A program made the translations under genes and the position numbers. Under the pieces are notes generated by a model that worked only from the letters and a program-made list of their open reading frames with translations, was not told where the DNA came from and did no database searches. Of a stretch of DNA of 64,000 bases, positions 57,409 to 64,000 are shown in pieces. Source of the DNA: Candidatus Krumholzibacteriia bacterium (GTDB taxonomy: Bacteria > Krumholzibacteriota > Krumholzibacteriia > JAJRXK01); contig JBGPIA010000007.1 of assembly GCA_041484665.1 (NCBI GenBank), positions 96,001 through 160,000 on the forward strand, in the 5' to 3' direction. Numbering within the stretch: the stretch's first letter is position 1; each line of letters opens with the position of its first letter.

Positions 57409-58068
57409 CTAGCCCCGATAGAGCGCTTTCACCATCCCCCAGCTCTGGTCGCCGGAGGGCGCGTTGGGGACGAACTCGATCGGCCTGGGTGTAATGCGCG
57501 GGTCTCCGCTGGACGTGGACGGTGCGGCGTTGATCACGAGCGCGATGTCCCGGCAGAAGAGGTTGTTCATCGAAATCGTGACGGCGATGCCGGGGAAGTC
57601 GACGCGGGTCGCCACCAGTCCGCTGTCGAAGTGCACGAGTCCCCGACCGGGAAAGCGTACGTCCAGCTGCAGCTGCTGCAGACCGGCCGCGCGGTCGATC
57701 CGATAGATCCCGGCTCCGGTGATCAGCACGGGATCCGTGCTGGTGAGTGTGCGGGGCACGATGAACTTCACATTGCGCACGGTGAAGACCTCGAAGGTCG
57801 CCTCGCGCGTGGAGGGCCAGCGCTCGAAGCTGCCCCGCAGGCCCTCGTTGAGCATGATCGGGCACATGCACGGGGCGAAGCAGCCTTCTTCGTAGACGCT
57901 GCCGCGGCCGAGCTGATAGGAGACCGGACCGCGGCGGTCGACGGGCGCGGCGCTGCCGGCCGCACCGGCAGTGCCCGGCGTGACAGGCACGGTCGCGCCG
58001 AACTCGAGGATGACCAACCCCAGCAGGAGCAGGATTGTTGAACCATGGATCCGGGGGAGTCTGGACAT
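57409..58068 (-). CDS. Secreted hypothetical protein with a GCFAPCMCP motif and SWGxxKxxY tail
   Basis: AAGGAGG RBS, signal peptide, ends in SGDQSWGMVKALYRG. Confidence 0.78.
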   Translation of the reverse strand: MSRLPRIHGSTILLLLGLVILEFGATVPVTPGTAGAAGSAAPVDRRGPVSYQLGRGSVYEEGCFAPCMCPIMLNEGLRGSFERWPSTREATFEVFTVRNVKFIVPRTLTSTDPVLITGAGIYRIDRAAGLQQLQLDVRFPGRGLVHFDSGLVATRVDFPGIAVTISMNNLFCRDIALVINAAPSTSSGDPRITPRPIEFVPNAPSGDQSWGMVKALYRG

Positions 58069-58228
58069 GGCAGCCTCCTTCTCGATGGCGCCGGCCGATG
58101 GGTCGCGCCGTCCGGGCAGGACGGGCCGCGATCCCCCCCACCCTATTTCCGCGCTTCGCGGTCGAGGCTAGCACCAATGGGGGGGAAGGTCCAGGCGCCC
58201 CGGGATGTGGCGGTCGCTGCGCAGGGCG

Positions 58229-58287
58229 CGGGCCGGGGCGCGATGCGGGGCACGGGCCGGGGGCGCGACGCGGGGCACGGGCCGGGG
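58229..58287. repeat. ~24-bp GC-rich tandem repeat (2.5 copies)
   Basis: CGGGCCGGGGCGCGA(T/C)GCGGGGCA units, intergenic. Confidence 0.6.
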
Positions 58288-58315
58288 CCGGCACGCACCC
58301 AGGTCTCCGGCCCGT

Positions 58316-58338
58316 CCGTAAGCACATTGTGCTTACCG
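58316..58338. repeat. 23-bp palindrome, copy 3
   Basis: CCGTAAGCACATTGTGCTTACCG, the same element as at 10501 and 10558 in the opposite orientation. Confidence 0.88.
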
Positions 58339-58360
58339 CCGCGGCGGACAAACCACGGCA

Positions 58361-59356
58361 TCAAACCTGGCCGCCGGCGCCGCCATTGCGGGCCCTCTCC
58401 GCCGCCCGCGCGCCGGCCGCCTCGGCGGCCGCTGCCTTCGTCTCCGCCACAATCTCAGCACCGCCCTGCCCCAGGATCTGCTCGGCAACGCGCCTGCCCA
58501 ATCCCTCAAGATCTGCCGGCGCGCCGCGCGCCTCGGCGCGAAGCAGGACCGTGCCGTCGGGGCGCCCCAGGCGTGCCCGCAACCACAACTCGCTGCCGTC
58601 GATCAGGCAATAGCCGGCGAGCGGCACGACGCAGCCGCCGGCGACCGCCGCAAGCAGCGCGCGCTCGGCGCGCGCGCAAATTGAAGCGTCGTGGTCGTCA
58701 ATCGACGCGACGAGCGCCGCGGCCGGATCGTCCGCGCGGGTCTCCAGGCCGATGATCCCCTGCCCCACTGCCGGCAGCAGTGTCTCCGGCTCCAGGAAGG
58801 CGGTGATCCGGTCGCGCCAACCCAGACGCAGCACACCGGCCGCCGCCAGGATCATCGCATCGAACTGCCCCTCCTCGAACTTGCGCCAGCGCGTGTTCAC
58901 GTTGCCGCGCAGGCCCACCAGATTCAGGTCGCGGCGCATGGCCAGGAGCTGGCAGCGCCGTCGCAGGCTGCCGGTGGCGACCTTCGCCGCCTTGCGCAGT
59001 TGCGCGAGCGGCACACCGTCGCGGTGGAACCACACGTCCCGCACGTCCTCACGCGGGGAGTGCGCGGCGATCGTCATGCCGCCCGCGAGCTTCGCCGGCA
59101 CGTCCTTGAGGCTGTGCACGGCGACGTCGATGCGGCCGGCGGCGAGCTCGCGCTCCAGCGCCTGGGTGAAGACGCCGACCTCGCCCAGGGCGAAGAGCGG
59201 CGTGACCAGGTCGACGTCCCCAGCGCTGTGCACTTCGATGATCTCGACCGCAAGGCCCGGGTACGCCGCGGCCAGGCGGTCGCGTGCCCAGCGCGCCTGC
59301 CACAGGGCGAGCTCGCTGCCGCGCGTGCCCAGTCGCAGCGTGCGCAGGGCGCTCAT
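58361..59356 (-). CDS. hemC: Hydroxymethylbilane synthase
   Basis: GTRGSELALWQ, AVHSLKDVP, TGSLRR, LRGNVNTR, PAVGQG, GGCVVP. Confidence 0.96.
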   Translation of the reverse strand: MSALRTLRLGTRGSELALWQARWARDRLAAAYPGLAVEIIEVHSAGDVDLVTPLFALGEVGVFTQALERELAAGRIDVAVHSLKDVPAKLAGGMTIAAHSPREDVRDVWFHRDGVPLAQLRKAAKVATGSLRRRCQLLAMRRDLNLVGLRGNVNTRWRKFEEGQFDAMILAAAGVLRLGWRDRITAFLEPETLLPAVGQGIIGLETRADDPAAALVASIDDHDASICARAERALLAAVAGGCVVPLAGYCLIDGSELWLRARLGRPDGTVLLRAEARGAPADLEGLGRRVAEQILGQGGAEIVAETKAAAAEAAGARAAERARNGGAGGQV

Positions 59357-61011
59357 CGCGCTGCCACTCCCGCCGCCCCCGCCGGCGCCGCCCCTGCCAG
59401 CGCTGGCCGCGCGGCGGAGGCCGCCTGGGCGGGCGCGAGGAACTCGACGACCTGCTCGGCCACCACCTCGGCATGGGCGACGCAATTGTTGAAGCTGATG
59501 CCGCAGACGCTGTTGCCGGTCAGGAACAGCCCCGGGTGGCGCGCACACTCCTGTCGAGCGCGCGCGACCCGCTGCAAGTGCCCGACCTCATACTGGGGGA
59601 TCCCCAGCGGCCAGCGGAAGACGCGCACGTACGAGGGCTCGCCGCGCACGCCGTAGAGCGGCTCGGTCTCGCGGCGGACCAGCTCGACCAGTTGCGCGTC
59701 GGACAGCGTGCTGGCCTGCGGATCGTGGGTGCCGCCCACCAGCGTGCGCAACAAAACCTGATCCTGCGGCGCCTGCCCCACAAAGGTCGAGCTGCTCCAG
59801 ATGGTGCCCAGCACGCGCACGCCCTCGCGGCGCGGGATGAGCACGCCGAAGCCGTGCAGCGGGTGCGACACCTGCTCGCGGCGGTAGCCGAGGCAGGCCA
59901 CGTGAACTCCAGCGATCCCGATCTCCGCGAGCGCTTCCGCTGCAGGTGCGGCGTAGTCCCGCAGGACCTGGGCGGCGGCATCGGCGGGCATGGCCAGGAC
60001 TAGGGCGTCGCAGTCGAATGTCTCACCGCGCCCCTGGCCACCCAGGCCCTCGAGAGTCACGCGAAAGCCGCCCCGCGGTCCGTAGTCGGAGATCGTGCGC
60101 AGCTGCTGCGCGGTACGGACAGCGCGCCCGCCCAGTTGGCGCACCAGCGCTTCGATCGGTGCGGCCATGCCGCTGCGAAAGGTGTGCAGCACGCCGCCGG
60201 GGCCGGCCTCGACCGCGTTCGCCCGGTTCTCCGCACCGCCTCCGGCCTCGCTTCCGGCCTCGCCTGCGGTTCGGCAGCCAGCTTCGCCTGCGCGCCCCGC
60301 GGCGTCCCGACGTCGGCTCTTCCGCCGCTGCTTCTTGAGCGCCTGCATGCCGCGCAGCAGCCCGCCGTGCTTGCGCTCCAGCTCGACCACTTTGGGGAAG
60401 GCGGCGGCGAGGCTCAGGCGATCGACGTCGCCGGCGTAGATGCCGCTCACCATCGGATCGAGCAACACCGCTGTGAACTCGGGACCGAGGCGGCGGCGGC
60501 CGAAGGCACCGACGGTCTCGTCCTGTTCGAGCGGAATCGCCGGTGGGACGCCGCCGATTGCCGAGAGCGCGGGCAACCCCGCGGCCAGGAGGTCCGGGTA
60601 GCGTCGCGGCGGCTGCCACAGCTCGGCGACCACGCGCAGGCGGCCGCGCCACGAGAGCAGCGGCGAGCGCAGGAATGTCAGTGGGCGCATCGCCAGCGCG
60701 TGCATGCGGCCGCCGCGCAGGATGAAACGCTCGCGCGAGGCGTCGCTGCTGCGAACGAGCTCCCCGCGCAATCCCAGATCGTCCACCAGGCGCAGCGTGG
60801 CGGGCTCGTTGTCCAGGAAACCGGCGGGTCCGGCCTCGCAGAGGAAACCCTGCTCGCGGAGGGTAGCGACCTTGCCGCCGGCCACCTGCTCGCGCTCGAG
60901 CACGATGACCTCGACCTGGATGCCGCGCCGGGACGCCGCCTGACGGAGGCGGAAGGCGGTCGCCAGTCCGGCGATGCCGCCGCCCGCCACCACGACGCGC
61001 CGGGTGGCCAC
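59353..61011 (-). CDS. hemG: HemY-type protoporphyrinogen oxidase
   Basis: GGGIAGL, EAGP, SGIYAGD, GFGVLIP, GIPQYEVGH. GTG start just after the hemN stop. Confidence 0.92.
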   Translation of the reverse strand: MATRRVVVAGGGIAGLATAFRLRQAASRRGIQVEVIVLEREQVAGGKVATLREQGFLCEAGPAGFLDNEPATLRLVDDLGLRGELVRSSDASRERFILRGGRMHALAMRPLTFLRSPLLSWRGRLRVVAELWQPPRRYPDLLAAGLPALSAIGGVPPAIPLEQDETVGAFGRRRLGPEFTAVLLDPMVSGIYAGDVDRLSLAAAFPKVVELERKHGGLLRGMQALKKQRRKSRRRDAAGRAGEAGCRTAGEAGSEAGGGAENRANAVEAGPGGVLHTFRSGMAAPIEALVRQLGGRAVRTAQQLRTISDYGPRGGFRVTLEGLGGQGRGETFDCDALVLAMPADAAAQVLRDYAAPAAEALAEIGIAGVHVACLGYRREQVSHPLHGFGVLIPRREGVRVLGTIWSSSTFVGQAPQDQVLLRTLVGGTHDPQASTLSDAQLVELVRRETEPLYGVRGEPSYVRVFRWPLGIPQYEVGHLQRVARARQECARHPGLFLTGNSVCGISFNNCVAHAEVVAEQVVEFLAPAQAASAARPALAGAAPAGAAGVAAR

Positions 61012-61013
61012 GG

Positions 61014-62444
61014 CTAGACCGTCCGGGAGTAGACCGGTGTTGTGGCGTCCTCGCGCGGTTTCTCCAGATACGCGTCGAACACCATGGCCACGTTGCGCAC
61101 GAGCAGCTGCCCGCGCGCGGTGACCTCCAGCCGTCCGGGGAGCAGGCGCACCAGGCCGTCGCCCGCGTGGTCCTGGAGCTTGCCGAGCTCCACGGCGAAG
61201 TAGCGCCCGAAGTCGACGCCGTAGCGGCGCTCCAACGGGGCGTAATCCAGGGCGAGGTTGCACATGATGCCCATGATCACGTCGCGGCGGATGCGGTCGT
61301 CCTGGGTCATGCGCACGCCACGGTGAGTGGCGAGCTCCTTGGCGTCGACGGCACGGTAGTAGTCCATGAGCTTGGGCGTGTTCTGCGCGTAGAGGCCACC
61401 GACCTCGCTGATGCTGCTCACGCCGAAGGCCAGCACGTCGGTCTCGGGCTTGGTGGTGTAGCCCATGAAGTTGCGCCGCAGCCGCTCGGCGCGGCGCGCC
61501 TGCGCCAGCTCGTCGCCGGGCAGGGCGAAGTGATCCATGCCGATCGGCTCGTAACCCCCTTCGCGGAAGCGGCGCAGCGTGAGGTTGTACAGCGCGAACT
61601 TCAAAGCCGGTGCGGGCATGGCCTCGACGGGGAGCTGCTTCTGGTGCGGCTTGATCCACGGCACGTGGGCATAGTTGAACACGGCCACCCGGTCGGGCGC
61701 CCATTCGATCACGCGGGCCAGCGTGCGGTCAAAGGTCTGCTCGGTCTGGTACGGCAAGCCGTAGATCAGGTCCATGTTGATGGAGGCGAATCCCGCGTCG
61801 CGGCACAGCTGATAGAAACGCCCGGTGAGATCCTCGGGCTGCACGCGGTGGACGGTCTCCTGCACCTGGGGATCGAGGTCCTGCACGCCCATTGAGATGC
61901 GGTTGAAGCCGAGCTGGCGCAGGCGGTGGACGTGCTCGTCCGTCGTGACGCAGGGATCGACCTCCAGGGCGATCTCCGCGCCGGCGCTCACCTTGAAGCT
62001 GGCGTGCACGTAGTCCATGAGACGCGCGAGCTGGTCCGGCGTGAAATAGGTCGGCGTCCCACCACCCAGGTGGATCTGGATCACCTCGCGCACGTCGCCG
62101 AGGTGCGCGGTGAATAGCTCCATCTCACTCTTGAGGCGCTCCAGATAGGGATCGGACACCCAGTCCTTGCGGCTGATCACCACGTTGCAACCGCAGAAAA
62201 GGCAGCGCTCGCGGCAGAACGGTATGTGGAAGTAGAGCGACAGCGGCCGCGGCATGCCGGCCGCCGCGCAGTCGCGCAGGTCGTCGAGGCGCTCGCTCAG
62301 CTCGGCCGGGCCGAAGTTGTCGCGCCAGACCGGGGCCGTCGGGTAGCTGGTGTAGCGCGGCCCCGGACGGTCGTACTTCTTCAACAGCGGCGCGACGTCG
62401 CCTTGGCCAAGCGTCGCGTCGGCAGCGGAGGTGTCCTCGCTCAT
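61014..62444 (-). CDS. hemN: Oxygen-independent coproporphyrinogen III oxidase
   Basis: GPRYTSYPTA, HIPFCRERCLFCGC, GGGTPT, DLIYGLP, IGMDHFA, RNFMGYTT, YSRTV. Confidence 0.96.
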   Translation of the reverse strand: MSEDTSAADATLGQGDVAPLLKKYDRPGPRYTSYPTAPVWRDNFGPAELSERLDDLRDCAAAGMPRPLSLYFHIPFCRERCLFCGCNVVISRKDWVSDPYLERLKSEMELFTAHLGDVREVIQIHLGGGTPTYFTPDQLARLMDYVHASFKVSAGAEIALEVDPCVTTDEHVHRLRQLGFNRISMGVQDLDPQVQETVHRVQPEDLTGRFYQLCRDAGFASINMDLIYGLPYQTEQTFDRTLARVIEWAPDRVAVFNYAHVPWIKPHQKQLPVEAMPAPALKFALYNLTLRRFREGGYEPIGMDHFALPGDELAQARRAERLRRNFMGYTTKPETDVLAFGVSSISEVGGLYAQNTPKLMDYYRAVDAKELATHRGVRMTQDDRIRRDVIMGIMCNLALDYAPLERRYGVDFGRYFAVELGKLQDHAGDGLVRLLPGRLEVTARGQLLVRNVAMVFDAYLEKPREDATTPVYSRTV

Positions 62445-62476
62445 GCGCTCTCCTTGGCCGTGTTGCTCTCGTATAC

Positions 62477-62536
62477 AGTCAGCCCCGGTCAACCACAGTC
62501 AGCCCCGGTCAACCACGGTCAGCCGTGGTCAGCCGT
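62477..62536. repeat. 10-bp-period intergenic tandem repeat
   Basis: GTCA(G/A)CC at 62478, 62488, 62498, 62508, 62518 and 62528. Includes a 20-bp unit AGTCAGCCCCGGTCAACCAC repeated twice. Confidence 0.8.
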
Positions 62537-62553
62537 GCCGCGCACGGCTGGGG

Positions 62554-63624
62554 TCAGGCCGTCGCGGGCGCGCTCTGCTTCACCGCGGCGACGAATGCCT
62601 CGACGCACTCCAGCGGTGTCTGGGGGACCACGCCGTGCCCGAGATTGACGATGTAGCCGGCACGGCCGGCCATCTCGTCGAGCATCGCCTGCGTCCGCCG
62701 GCGGACTTGATCGGGCGTTCCCAAGAGCACCACTGGATCGAGGTTCCCCTGGATACCCACGTTGGCCGGGACGCGCCGTCGCACGTCGCGCAGGCGCATC
62801 CGCCAGTCGACGCCGATCACCGTGCTGCCCGCCGCCGATTGGGCCTCCACCAGGGCCGCACCGCCGTTGACGTAATAGATAGAAGGAGCCCCGGTCTGCA
62901 CCACCCGGTCGAAGACCTGGCGGGCGTACGGCAGGGCAAACTGCTCGAAGTCGTCGGGATGCAAGAGCCCTGCCCAAGTGTCAAACAGCTGGACGGCGTC
63001 CGCGCCTGCCTCCACCTGCGCGGCCAGGTACTCGCCGATCTGGTCGGCCAACAGCTGCAGGACCTGCTCGGCCAGGCGCGGCTCGCGGAGCAGAAGCTGC
63101 TTGGTGCGTGGGAAGAGTCGGCTCGTCTCACCCTCGACCAGATAGGCCAGCAACGTGAAGGGCGCGCCGGCGAACCCTAGCAGCGCCTTGTCGAAGGAAA
63201 GCTCCGCACGCGTGCGGCGCAGCGCCTCGTGCACCCACGGCAGCTGCAACCGCGCATCGACGTGCTGCAGATGCGCCAGCGCCGCGGCGCTGTCCATGGG
63301 CGCGGCGAGCTTGGGCCCACCCTGGTCGTCGAAGCGGAACTCGGCACCCATACCGATCAAGGGCAGCAGGATGTCGCTGAAGATGATCGCAGCGTCGAAG
63401 TCGAACCGCCGGACCGGTTGGAGCGTGACCTCCGTGGCCAGGTCGGCGCGCTTGCATAGATCGAGGAAACTCACGCTCTCGCGCACCGCGCGGTACTCGG
63501 GCAGGTAGCGCCCCGCCTGGCGCATCATCCAGACCGGCGGCCGCGGTACGCGCTCGCGGCGGCAGGCGCGCAGGAACAGACTGTCGGTTCGGACGGGCGC
63601 CGGTGGCGATGCTGGGCGGGTCAT
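62554..63624 (-). CDS. hemE: Uroporphyrinogen decarboxylase
   Basis: PVWMMRQAGRYLPEYR, AAIIFSDIL, GAPFTLLAY, QLFDTW, QGNLDP, NLGHG. Confidence 0.97.
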   Translation of the reverse strand: MTRPASPPAPVRTDSLFLRACRRERVPRPPVWMMRQAGRYLPEYRAVRESVSFLDLCKRADLATEVTLQPVRRFDFDAAIIFSDILLPLIGMGAEFRFDDQGGPKLAAPMDSAAALAHLQHVDARLQLPWVHEALRRTRAELSFDKALLGFAGAPFTLLAYLVEGETSRLFPRTKQLLLREPRLAEQVLQLLADQIGEYLAAQVEAGADAVQLFDTWAGLLHPDDFEQFALPYARQVFDRVVQTGAPSIYYVNGGAALVEAQSAAGSTVIGVDWRMRLRDVRRRVPANVGIQGNLDPVVLLGTPDQVRRRTQAMLDEMAGRAGYIVNLGHGVVPQTPLECVEAFVAAVKQSAPATA

Positions 63625-64000
63625 CTGTGGGCGGCTCCCAGGGGGGTGTCCTGCGGCGCCGATGGGTCTGTTGGGGCTGGAGACTCGGGGCCTTCCGACC
63701 AAGTAGTAGGTACGAGCTGGTGCAGGGTCAAGGCTGGCCTGTCGCGGAACGTGCGGACCAAGCGCACGGCGCTTCCTTGCGGTCGCCCGCGGGCAGAACG
63801 TAGAATGCGCCTCCCTTCCAGGGTTTCCGGCTCCCTCCCGCGGGGGCTCCGTCCAGCGAAGGCTCCCTCCCACAGCGGAGACTTCCTCCCGCCAGCGCAG
63901 GAGCGTGACGCATTGAAGAACGGGCGATCGAAGACTACGCGTGGCAACCGTGACGACCGCGGCAGCCGTGCCGGCCACCGTGACCGTGACGACCGCAAGC

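Overview
A very GC-rich bacterial window. Three proteins end in FlgD-like/T9SS-type 'PNPFNP' domains and two end in a 'SWGxxKxxY' tail, which points by inference to an FCB candidate phylum such as Eisenbacteria, Krumholzibacteriota or Latescibacterota. Left to right it holds: a secreted TPR protein with a LytS/LytTR pair; a TPR-CHAT protease converging on an ECF sigma/anti-sigma pair and a uracil-DNA glycosylase; mqnC; a DUF2339 protein; BNR/VPS10 beta-propellers; a Ni/Co ECF transporter; several secreted proteins, one broken by a stop and a frameshift; futalosine-pathway menaquinone genes (mqnA, a degenerate mqnE-like gene, ubiA/mqnP, ubiX); hemL; and a cysteine dioxygenase with a YeiH exporter. 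Next is a ~14 kb respiratory cluster: Rrf2 regulator, YccM/NapH-like Fe-S membrane protein, cytoplasmic NAD(P)/FAD Fe-S flavoprotein, Rieske protein, cytochrome b, hexaheme cytochrome c, and a Tat-exported type II DMSO-reductase-family enzyme (pNar-like alpha, beta, gamma, chaperone). The window ends with a B12 radical SAM enzyme, an LMF1 protein and hemB, hemC, hemG/Y, hemN, hemE. The top candidate system is the periplasmic nitrate-reductase-like enzyme co-encoded with an anammox-style Rieske/cytb complex carrying an NAD(P) flavoprotein. Other candidates are the CHAT/anti-sigma/ECF triad with shared R-G motifs, the SWG tail, a dispersed 23-bp palindrome, and putative Rrf2 and LytTR operators. 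No tRNA, rRNA, CRISPR array or mobile element was recognised. All calls are from reading motifs by eye; no searches were run.
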